The notes below the pieces were generated by a model. It saw only the letters and a program-made list of their open reading frames with translations, did no database searches and was not told the DNA's origin. This document shows positions 56,145 through 64,000 of a stretch of 64,000 nucleotides of DNA, piece by piece (positions within the stretch are counted from its first letter, which is position 1; every line of letters begins with the position of its first letter). Source of the stretch: Thermodesulfobacteriota bacterium (lineage in GTDB: Bacteria > Desulfobacterota_D > UBA1144 > Nemesobacterales > UBA2774); NCBI GenBank assembly GCA_965216785.1, contig OZ244197.1, forward strand, positions 2,592,001 to 2,656,000, read 5' to 3'. Both the position numbers and the translations under genes were made by a program.

Positions 56145-59100
56145 ATGGGCAATTTTTTTGTAAACAGGCCAATAGTAGCAATGGTGATCGCCATTGTTAT
56201 GGTTATAGTAGGATTCGTTTTTATGGGCGGCCTGCCTATTGAGCAGTACCCTGATATAACTCCCCCCATCGTCCAGGTAAGAGCAAGCTATACCGGCGCT
56301 AACGCCATCAGCGTGGAAGAGTCGGTTGCGACACCGCTTGAGCAGGAGATAAACGGCGTTGACAACATGATCTACATGAAATCAACGAACGCTAACGATG
56401 GTACTATGGCCATTGACGTCTCCTTTGAGGTAGGCACTGATCCTGATCTAAATACCGTTTTTACGCAAAACAGGGTTGCCGCGGCAACAGCTAAGCTCCC
56501 CGAAGAGGTTACAAGACTGGGTGTAACGACCGAAAAGTCACTTCCGAATATACTGATGCTGATCACTCTCACTTCTGATGACGGGAGATTCGATCAGAAC
56601 TTTCTTGGAAACTATGCACTTATAAACATCCAGGACACCCTGGCGCGTATTAGGGGCATCGGCCGTGTTCAGGTACTAGGCGCGAGCGACTACTCTATGC
56701 GCATATGGATAAAGCCCGACCGAATTGCACAGTTGGGTATAACAGTGAATGAAATAGTAGACGCTATACAGCAGCAGAGCGTACTTGTCCCGGGTGGACA
56801 GTTCGGTGCAGAACCCGCGCCTCCCGGTACTGAATTTACATATACCGTAAGGCTGCCTGATCGGCTGAATTCCCCAGAGGAGTTCGGCGAGGTCGTGGTA
56901 AGGACCGGCGAAGGCGGCTCACAGGTTAAGATCAAGGATATAGCCAGAGTTGAGCTTGGGGTCGAGACCTATAATGCCTTCACCAGGCTAAACGGGCAGG
57001 AATGCACAGTTATCGCTCTATACCAGGCGCCCGGGTCAAACGCTACCGAGCTTGCGAGTATTGTTAAAACCACAATGGAAGATATTTCAAAGTCCTTCCC
57101 CCAAAGCATGCAGTACGACATCTCTCTTGATACTACGCTTGCAATCACTGCAGGTATAAAAGAGATTGTTATCACCCTTTTTGTGGCACTTGCCCTTGTT
57201 ATCCTTGTTGTATTCATTTTCATTCAGGACTGGAGAGCGGCTCTTATACCGACCATAGCCATACCGGTATCGCTTGTCGCTGCATTTATGGTATTCCCCG
57301 CTATTGGTTTTACCATCAACGTGCTCTCTCTTCTCGGTCTCGTGCTTGCCATCGGCATCGTGGTCGATGACGCGATCGTGGTAGTTGAGGCCGTGCAGGT
57401 AAATATTGAAAACGGTCTGTCGCCCAAGGAAGCGACAGCTAGAGCCATGAGCGAGGTTACTGCGCCCGTGATTGCCACCACACTCGTTCTCGTCGCGGTT
57501 TTCATTCCGGTCGCCGTAATGGCCGGCATTACCGGGCGATTATACCAACAGTTCGCTATTACAGTTGCGGTCTCAGTCGTATTCTCTTCAATTAACGCCC
57601 TGACGCTCAGCCCCGCCCTGTGCTCGATGCTGCTCAGGAAAAGACAACCCGCAAAAGGAATTCTCGGCCGTTTCTTTGAAAAATTTAATGACGCCTTTGA
57701 TAGGGTGACAGATAAATATACAAGCCTTGCGCGGCTTACGACCGTTAACGTGAAACGCGGACTGGTATTCATAGGGATACTTGTAATCGGGCTGATTTTC
57801 CTGGCTAGGATACTCCCCGGAGGGTTTATGCCTGAAGAAGACATGGGCTATCTTTTTGTTAATATCCAGCTCCCCGACGCGGCTTCTCTACAGAGATCAG
57901 ACGCTGTAACTAAAAAAGTAGAAGGGATAATAGAGCAGTTTGATCAGGTTGAGTACATCACTTCAGCCGCAGGGTTCAGCCTTCTTTCAGGAAGCTTTTC
58001 ATCAAACGCTTCATTCATATTCGTTTCGCTCAAAGACTGGAGCGAGCGGGACGAGACAGCAAACGAAATCGTTGATCTACTCAATATAGCATTCAGGACT
58101 CAAATCAATGAAGCCCAGGTCTTTGCGTTCGGGCCACCCGCTATCCCAGGACTGGGCAGCGGCTCGGGTTTTACAATGATGCTTCAGGACCGAAGCGGTA
58201 ACACCCCCGAGTACCTTGCAGAACAGTCTGCAAGATTCATGCAGGCAGCGCTTCAAAGACCCGAAATAGGAGCTATATTCACAACATTCCGCGCGAATGT
58301 ACCTCAAAGATTTATGGATATAAATACCGATAAAGTGCTTAAAGCGGGCATTCCGCTTAACAACATTTACAGCACCGTAGGGACCTTCCTCGGAGGAACA
58401 TATGTAAACGACTTCACACGGTTCGGAAGACTGTACAAAGCGTATGTACAAGCAGAGCCGGAGTACAGGCAGAGCCAGAATCAAATCAACTTTTATTATG
58501 TTAAGAATTCAAACGGCGACAGTGTCCCGCTTGCCGGTTTTGTGAATATTAAAGATATTACCGGGCCTGACTATACGAACCGCTTTAACTTATATAGATC
58601 AGTTGAGCTAACTGGCGGCCCTGCACCGGGATACACTTCGGCGCAGACACTTACAGCGCTTGAAGAGGTTGCTGCACAGGTACTTCCCGCCAACATGGGC
58701 TATGCTTGGAGCAATATGTCCTATCAGGAAAAGGCAGCTTCAGGCTCAGCCGGGGTAGTGTTTTTGTTCGCGCTCGTATTCGTATTCCTCATTCTATCCG
58801 CTCAATATGAAAGCTGGTCACTACCGTGGAGTATTTTGCTCGGCACACCGTTTGCAATATTCGGAGCGTTCCTGGGACTAGTCATAGCAAGGCTTTTCAG
58901 TGAGAGTTACGAGCTTAATATTTTTGCCCAGATTGCGCTGGTTATGCTAATTGCCATGGCGGCTAAGAACGCCATTCTAATCGTGGAATTCGCAAAACTT
59001 GAGTTTGATAAGGGACTATCCCTCTTCGATGCAGCGATTAAAGCGGCACAGTTAAGATTCAGACCTATTCTAATGACGGCATTTTCGTTTATTCTAGGAG

Positions 59101-59291
59101 TGCTTCCGCTCGTTGTGGCCTCAGGCGCAGGAGCCGAGGCTAGGGTTGTAATGGGTGTTGCACTACTGGGCGGTATGTCTATAGCGACACTTCTTGGAGT
59201 GTTTTTCTACCCGATGTTCTTTGTGTTGATAGGAAAGATTGGAAAATACGAGGAAAAACGTGATTTAGAGGCCAAGACTGAAACCACTTAA
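56145..59291 (+). CDS. HAE1 RND efflux permease (AcrB/BepE-like)
   Basis: FVNRPI, EQYPDITPP, YSMRIW, GIVVDDAIVVVE, AAKNAILIVEFA, RFRPILMT. Confidence 0.96.
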   Translation: MGNFFVNRPIVAMVIAIVMVIVGFVFMGGLPIEQYPDITPPIVQVRASYTGANAISVEESVATPLEQEINGVDNMIYMKSTNANDGTMAIDVSFEVGTDPDLNTVFTQNRVAAATAKLPEEVTRLGVTTEKSLPNILMLITLTSDDGRFDQNFLGNYALINIQDTLARIRGIGRVQVLGASDYSMRIWIKPDRIAQLGITVNEIVDAIQQQSVLVPGGQFGAEPAPPGTEFTYTVRLPDRLNSPEEFGEVVVRTGEGGSQVKIKDIARVELGVETYNAFTRLNGQECTVIALYQAPGSNATELASIVKTTMEDISKSFPQSMQYDISLDTTLAITAGIKEIVITLFVALALVILVVFIFIQDWRAALIPTIAIPVSLVAAFMVFPAIGFTINVLSLLGLVLAIGIVVDDAIVVVEAVQVNIENGLSPKEATARAMSEVTAPVIATTLVLVAVFIPVAVMAGITGRLYQQFAITVAVSVVFSSINALTLSPALCSMLLRKRQPAKGILGRFFEKFNDAFDRVTDKYTSLARLTTVNVKRGLVFIGILVIGLIFLARILPGGFMPEEDMGYLFVNIQLPDAASLQRSDAVTKKVEGIIEQFDQVEYITSAAGFSLLSGSFSSNASFIFVSLKDWSERDETANEIVDLLNIAFRTQINEAQVFAFGPPAIPGLGSGSGFTMMLQDRSGNTPEYLAEQSARFMQAALQRPEIGAIFTTFRANVPQRFMDINTDKVLKAGIPLNNIYSTVGTFLGGTYVNDFTRFGRLYKAYVQAEPEYRQSQNQINFYYVKNSNGDSVPLAGFVNIKDITGPDYTNRFNLYRSVELTGGPAPGYTSAQTLTALEEVAAQVLPANMGYAWSNMSYQEKAASGSAGVVFLFALVFVFLILSAQYESWSLPWSILLGTPFAIFGAFLGLVIARLFSESYELNIFAQIALVMLIAMAAKNAILIVEFAKLEFDKGLSLFDAAIKAAQLRFRPILMTAFSFILGVLPLVVASGAGAEARVVMGVALLGGMSIATLLGVFFYPMFFVLIGKIGKYEEKRDLEAKTETT

Positions 59292-59301
59292 GAGAGTAGT
59301 A

Positions 59302-60765
59302 ATGAAAAAACTGAACTTACAAATTCTAATACTCTTAACAGCATTCATATTTTTGAGTGCTTGCATGGTTGGGCCTGACTTTAGAGAGCCTGAGTTCAGT
59401 GATTTACCAGACGAATTCAGGTTCGCAGATGAATATGACCAGGAAGAAGTAAACCTTAAGTGGTGGGAGCTATTTAACGACCCGGTATTGGTTTCCCTTG
59501 TTAATACCGCTCTTGCTGAGAATAAAGACCTCCTGATAGCCATTAGCCGAATAGAGGAAGCGCGCTCTTTTTTAGTTTTTACAAAAGCCGATCTCTACCC
59601 CAGATTTGACCTGCAAGGAGGGGCAAATAGAGGCAACTTCAACGGCGGTATTATTACGAGTGACCCCGATGAGCCCACGAACAGCGCGTTTATATCCCCT
59701 GTTGTAAATTGGGAGATAGATTTCTGGGGCAAGTTCAGAAGAGCCAATGAATCTGCCAGAGCACAGCTTCTTTCTACAGAATACGCGATGAACACTGTCC
59801 AGATCAGCTTGATTTCTGAAGTTGTGGGTACGTATTTTCTTCTCCTTGATTTTAAAGAGAGGCTAAGGGTATCAGAGGAGACCCTGCAGTCACGGCAAGA
59901 TTATTTAGAGATAATACAAAAGCGTTTTAATAAGGGTGTAATCCCTGAGATTGATCTAAATCAGGCTCAGGTGCAAAAAGAGATAGCCGCAGGTGCTGTT
60001 CCCGTAAATAAGAGACTCATTGCCAATACTGAAAACGCATTAAGCATATTACTGGGCAGGTTCCCCGAGTCCATACAGACCGATCTTGACCTGTATGAGC
60101 AAACTATCCCGCCCGATGTGCCGGTTGGGCTGCCCTCTTCACTTTTAGAGCGAAGACCCGATATACTCGAAGCTCTATACTTCATACAGGCGCAGAACGC
60201 GCTTATAGGCGTTGCGGTCGCTGAAAGGTTCCCGGCCATAAGCATTTCCGGAGCGGTAGGAGCTGCAACAAATGAGGCGGCGCAGATGACCATTGACGGC
60301 TTTGTGTGGTCAATCGCCGCAGGGTTAACAGGGCCTATATTTAACTTCGGTCAGGATAAAGCCCGGGTTGAGATTGAAGAGGCAAGAACAGAGCAGGCGC
60401 TATATAACTACCAGAATGTAGTGCTTAACGCTTTCAGAGAGGTATCGGACGCACTCATAGAAATAACGACATACAGAGAGCAGATCGCCGCGCTCAGCAA
60501 GCAGGCAGCCGCAGCCGAGAACGCAAATCGTCTCTCAAAGCTCCGCTACGACCAGGGGTTTTCAAGCTACTTGGAGGTGCTGGATTCAGAAAGGGCTCAG
60601 TTTGACGCAGAGCTTGCGCTGTCTCAGGCAACCCAAGAGTACTACAGCTCCTATGTGAGATTATACAAAGCCCTAGGCGGCGGCTGGATATCGCCTGAGG
60701 AAATGGCTGAGAGTAAAAACCAAGAATCCGAGTTCAATCAAGATTTCCAGTATAATACAAAGTGA
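59302..60765 (+). CDS. NodT/OprM-family outer-membrane efflux lipoprotein
   Basis: LSACMVGPDF, WWELFNDP, WEIDFWG, LLERRPDI, LYKALGGGW. Confidence 0.95.
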   Translation: MKKLNLQILILLTAFIFLSACMVGPDFREPEFSDLPDEFRFADEYDQEEVNLKWWELFNDPVLVSLVNTALAENKDLLIAISRIEEARSFLVFTKADLYPRFDLQGGANRGNFNGGIITSDPDEPTNSAFISPVVNWEIDFWGKFRRANESARAQLLSTEYAMNTVQISLISEVVGTYFLLLDFKERLRVSEETLQSRQDYLEIIQKRFNKGVIPEIDLNQAQVQKEIAAGAVPVNKRLIANTENALSILLGRFPESIQTDLDLYEQTIPPDVPVGLPSSLLERRPDILEALYFIQAQNALIGVAVAERFPAISISGAVGAATNEAAQMTIDGFVWSIAAGLTGPIFNFGQDKARVEIEEARTEQALYNYQNVVLNAFREVSDALIEITTYREQIAALSKQAAAAENANRLSKLRYDQGFSSYLEVLDSERAQFDAELALSQATQEYYSSYVRLYKALGGGWISPEEMAESKNQESEFNQDFQYNTK

Positions 60766-61418
60766 TGCAATTCTTATACGAGTTGTTTTCCTACATTATA
60801 GTTGTAGTGGTCGGACTGCTTCCGATAGCAAACCCCTTCAGCACGGCGCCCGTATTCCTCTCGCTTACCTCTAAGCTTGATCCTGTTTCCAGAAAGAAAG
60901 TACTGAAACTAACCTGCATATATATGTTCTCAACATTGATAATATTCCTTCTTGCTGGGGCGCTGATCCTGAGCTTTTTTGGAATTAGCGTCGAAGCGCT
61001 AAGGATAGCTGGCGGCCTCATTCTGACAGTACTGGGCTTCAGGATGCTATTCCCAAGCCCTGTAGCGGAAAACGAACATACAGATGTCCGTACATTCGAG
61101 CAGGCAAGAGGGCTTGCTTTTACCCCGCTCGCCATGCCCATGCTCAGCGGCCCGGGCTCAATAGCCGTTATAATCAGCATGGCGGCCCAGATATCAGAGA
61201 ACCCGAGCTTTCCCATGAGGCTTGCGGGTTATGCGGTCGTAGCGCTGGGAATACTGATCACAGTGAAAATTTGCTGGATTGTGCTGCGAAGCTCAACAAA
61301 GATAACAAAATTCCTCGGTCCCACAGGCATCGACGCTATGACAAGGATTATGGGTTTTATAATCATATGCATCGGCGTTGAGTTTACAGTCTCGGGGATT
61401 AAGGGATTCATCCAATAG
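60762..61418 (+). CDS. MarC family (NAAT) membrane protein
   Basis: ANPFS, LRIAGGLIL, PLAMPMLSGPGSI, RIMGF. Confidence 0.93.
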   Translation: MMQFLYELFSYIIVVVVGLLPIANPFSTAPVFLSLTSKLDPVSRKKVLKLTCIYMFSTLIIFLLAGALILSFFGISVEALRIAGGLILTVLGFRMLFPSPVAENEHTDVRTFEQARGLAFTPLAMPMLSGPGSIAVIISMAAQISENPSFPMRLAGYAVVALGILITVKICWIVLRSSTKITKFLGPTGIDAMTRIMGFIIICIGVEFTVSGIKGFIQ

Positions 61419-61475
61419 ATTTAATCAATTTTATACCCAAGATTCTATAAACCGAGATACAGAAAAGCCTCCGGA

Positions 61476-61859
61476 CTATTTTTTCTTTTCTGGCTCAAAG
61501 ACCTCGGGGTCAGCGCAAAGGGCCCAGGACATAGCCTGCGCCTCACCAGGATTGTTATTCATATTCGTGCAAACCGCAAACCACGCGTTATTAGCGTCCG
61601 GGCTCGGAGCGCTTACTGTCAGTAGAACCCTATTCTCTGTACCCATGAATCCGAGGCACACCCCTCCCCCGCTGATTAAAGTTTTCCCGGACGGGCATGT
61701 ACTGGTCGCAGATACGGTCTTCCCCGAGGGTATGGAAACGACATCAGACTCCACTTTTACAGTGGTTATACCACCATTTTCCGCGTTTACGTACATTGGA
61801 AGCACCGCTAGAAAACCTAGCGTAAATACTAAAGCAAATGTGATATAGCTGTTATTCAT
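61476..61859 (-). CDS. Small secreted Cys-containing beta-domain protein
   Basis: GGAGG RBS, signal peptide, TCPSGKTLISGGG...W.A.C...WALC. Confidence 0.75.
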   Translation of the reverse strand: MNNSYITFALVFTLGFLAVLPMYVNAENGGITTVKVESDVVSIPSGKTVSATSTCPSGKTLISGGGVCLGFMGTENRVLLTVSAPSPDANNAWFAVCTNMNNNPGEAQAMSWALCADPEVFEPEKKK

Positions 61860-61984
61860 TTTAAACCCTCCATCTGTTTAGATTATATCTATAAGAATAC
61901 TCAATCTAACTTATAATCCGAAAGTGTTTTAACACATAGTCTTACCGGCCTAAGGGGGTTATAATTAAAGTTGTAAGTTGTAAT

Positions 61985-62536
61985 ATGAAACAAGTGCAAA
62001 ACTGGAGCGTTACAATTAAAAAAATCTGTCTTACAGCAATAATACTTACTTTCCTGCTCACGGCCACAGCCGGCTTCACTCAGACTACGGAATCCGGTGA
62101 ATCTGAGAGTCAAGAAGCCCTTGAACAAGCGCCTAAGGTTATAGAGCAGCCAGCCTATGAGTATTACTATTGGCCGGAAGAGGATTTAAACAATTTTGAT
62201 CTTTCCACCATGGGATCCGGTAAAAGCGGCAGTACTCTTGGTGATAAATCCAAGAGGACAAGTAATGTAGAAGCAAATGAATATCTAAAGTCAAGAAAAG
62301 AAGAGCGGCAAGAGAAAACCGATAGTAAAGAAGACACTGAGTCCGCTAAGAAATCGAGTGAACCTCTTTATGTAGAGCCTGTAGAAAAACCCCTCACAAA
62401 TTCACCTTCTGGAAAGCCAATATACGAATGGAAGGATGAAAACGGCACTTTACACATGACAAACGACTTGGGCAAAGTTCCGACCGAATACCAAAACCAA
62501 TTTTTCGAGTCTGAGACTCAAGACTCCGGCCAATAA
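61985..62536 (+). CDS. Secreted protein with C-terminal DUF4124-like domain
   Basis: Signal peptide; IYEWKDENGTLHMTND...VP.EY. Confidence 0.8.
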   Translation: MKQVQNWSVTIKKICLTAIILTFLLTATAGFTQTTESGESESQEALEQAPKVIEQPAYEYYYWPEEDLNNFDLSTMGSGKSGSTLGDKSKRTSNVEANEYLKSRKEERQEKTDSKEDTESAKKSSEPLYVEPVEKPLTNSPSGKPIYEWKDENGTLHMTNDLGKVPTEYQNQFFESETQDSGQ

Positions 62537-62570
62537 AAGATTTTAAGAATTACATCAAAGTAGGTGGAGC

Positions 62571-62792
62571 CTACTTATCGTGAAAGCGGCCTTCTCCGTG
62601 CTGTTGATCAGGCGCATTCCTCTTTGAGTCGAGTTTTTCCTCATACTGCTCTTTATATTTATCACACACGGAGGGATCGGCCTGATTTTCCCTCATGCAG
62701 TCTCTATATCTTGCTGAGGGCCTGTCCCACTCAAGCCCGCTGCATCCGCCCGCGAATATTACTACTGCCAAAAACATAATGATTTTTATCAT
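62571..62792 (-). CDS. Small lipoprotein
   Basis: Lipobox AGGC; GGGGTGG RBS-like element; Cys pair. Confidence 0.7.
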   Translation of the reverse strand: MIKIIMFLAVVIFAGGCSGLEWDRPSARYRDCMRENQADPSVCDKYKEQYEEKLDSKRNAPDQQHGEGRFHDK

Positions 62793-62854
62793 TCACCACC
62801 CCGCCTTTTAAGTTAATACATCGAAAAACAGAATAAACACAGAGAGTTAAACAT

Positions 62855-62880
62855 GGCCCGGGCCGAAACCCGGACCGTTT
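62855..62880. terminator. GC-rich hairpin, probable terminator of the glycine-zipper gene
   Basis: On the minus strand GGTCCGGG-TTTCGG-CCCGGGCC followed by ATGTTT. Confidence 0.55.
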
Positions 62881-62911
62881 AAGTTTATCTGGCTTAATGG
62901 GTTAAGAAAAC

Positions 62912-63286
62912 TCAATTAAGAACGTTGTAACCCCTACCTCTCATACAGTTTCTGTAAATATCCTCATAACCTTTTTCCGAGTCGTATACACCCTTGGCTC
63001 CGCCCGCTACGCCTCCGATTACAGCTCCGTATGCAAGCCCCTTAACTGCGTCGCCCGCAATTGCGCCGATCAGCGCTCCGGTACCGGTTCCTACAGCTCC
63101 GCCCACTACCGTATCCTTTGCGGTGTCTTTCCAGCCGGGCGCTCCCTGCTTGGCTATGGCTCTGCATTCAGCCTGGTCCCTGTAATACCTGTCAGAGTTA
63201 TTAACACTCTGAGGGTCTACGACAGGCGTATAGGTCTGACATCCGAGAACTGCTAGGCTTAATACTAAAAATGCGATTATTTTCAA
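62912..63286 (-). CDS. Glycine-zipper lipoprotein
   Basis: TTG start with GGAGG, lipobox VLGC, D.AEC, GGAVG...GALIGAI.G zipper, NCMRGRGY.VLN. Confidence 0.85.
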   Translation of the reverse strand: MKIIAFLVLSLAVLGCQTYTPVVDPQSVNNSDRYYRDQAECRAIAKQGAPGWKDTAKDTVVGGAVGTGTGALIGAIAGDAVKGLAYGAVIGGVAGGAKGVYDSEKGYEDIYRNCMRGRGYNVLN

Positions 63287-63351
63287 TTTAATTTCCTCCG
63301 TATCGGTATTTTCTTTCGATAATAACAGTTTACTGACAGATAACTTCAATG

Positions 63352-64000
63352 CTACTGTTTTATCTCTTCCGCAACTTCAACGTGATCGCCACCTATAGCG
63401 TCTTTGAGCTCATAGCCGACAAGCGGCTCGTAATCCCCAAGCTCGTAATCCCGTATTGTCAGCTCACATTTACTAAGCCCGTTCTCGGCAAAACAGGAAT
63501 AGGACAAGTTTGTTCCGGCTATACCGTTCTTCCCGTCTTTCACGACTACAGAAGGAATGAGTCCGAAGTTATGCACATCAAAGCCGCCTTTTGCGTTCTT
63601 GGAAACACGGAACAGACCAATGAACTCGACTTCATTAGTGTCAAGCGGCGCGGCGTCGGGGTTCTCAACCGTAACCCTTCGCGCCTCTTCGTAAATAATA
63701 GCCGTGTTGCCAAGGTTATTTACCCTATCAAGGATATTCACCGTGATCTTTTGTATCATCCTACCGTCCTGAGTCTTAGTAATTACCCTCTGTACCGGCA
63801 CTTCAAAAGAGTTGCCACCTGAATTTATAGGCTGTCCGAATTTTCTTTCGGTTACTACCTGAATACCATTTTCCTCAACTGTCGTTGAAAGAGTTTTTCC
63901 CGCTAGCAGACTGTCATAGAGCTGCCTGAATTCCGCGGCGCTCATATCAGGCTCCGCAGCCTGAAGGCCCACAGCGCCCGCCATCATTAACGCTATAGCA
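63352..64000 (-). CDS. Hypothetical secreted protein (5' partial)
   Basis: Frame is open to the window edge (AIALMMAGAVGLQA, the tail of a signal peptide); beta-rich with a Cys pair. Confidence 0.7.
   Translation of the reverse strand, partial: AIALMMAGAVGLQAAEPDMSAAEFRQLYDSLLAGKTLSTTVEENGIQVVTERKFGQPINSGGNSFEVPVQRVITKTQDGRMIQKITVNILDRVNNLGNTAIIYEEARRVTVENPDAAPLDTNEVEFIGLFRVSKNAKGGFDVHNFGLIPSVVVKDGKNGIAGTNLSYSCFAENGLSKCELTIRDYELGDYEPLVGYELKDAIGGDHVEVAEEIKQ

Overview
Bacterial chromosomal window from a diderm organism (TolC/NodT outer-membrane factors, beta-barrels, lipoproteins). The lineage cannot be fixed from sequence alone; a Desulfobacterota/Dadabacteria-like origin is only an impression. 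It holds about 58 CDS, one tRNA-Leu(GAG) and a broken GAF-domain gene. No integrase, transposase, CRISPR array or rRNA was seen. Housekeeping blocks include an L,D-transpeptidase, a siroheme sulfite/nitrite reductase, an Ada-like protein, apgM, an amidase, polX-ligA, rlmB and two tandem RND efflux systems. The best candidate for an undescribed system is the accessory block at 17956-29481. It has an EutR-like AraC regulator, and four intergenic copies of a 17-bp box TTGCCGAWTTTTGATGW (three identical) each lie upstream of, and point towards, one of the four surrounding transcription units. Those units encode a prokaryotic pentameric ligand-gated ion channel, a patatin plus DUF3313-like lipoprotein pair, a membrane protein, and an operon for a secreted RNase Z-like metallohydrolase, a SYLF lipid-binding protein, two outer-membrane barrels and a lipoprotein. 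Other notable items are a TolC fused to a solute-binding domain, a four-repeat cyanovirin-N-like lectin, a PHM-like copper monooxygenase homolog with an altered CuH site, a solo Cas4/AddB-like nuclease and an unannotated Arg-rich 58-aa ORF. All family calls come from motif recognition by eye; no database searches were run.
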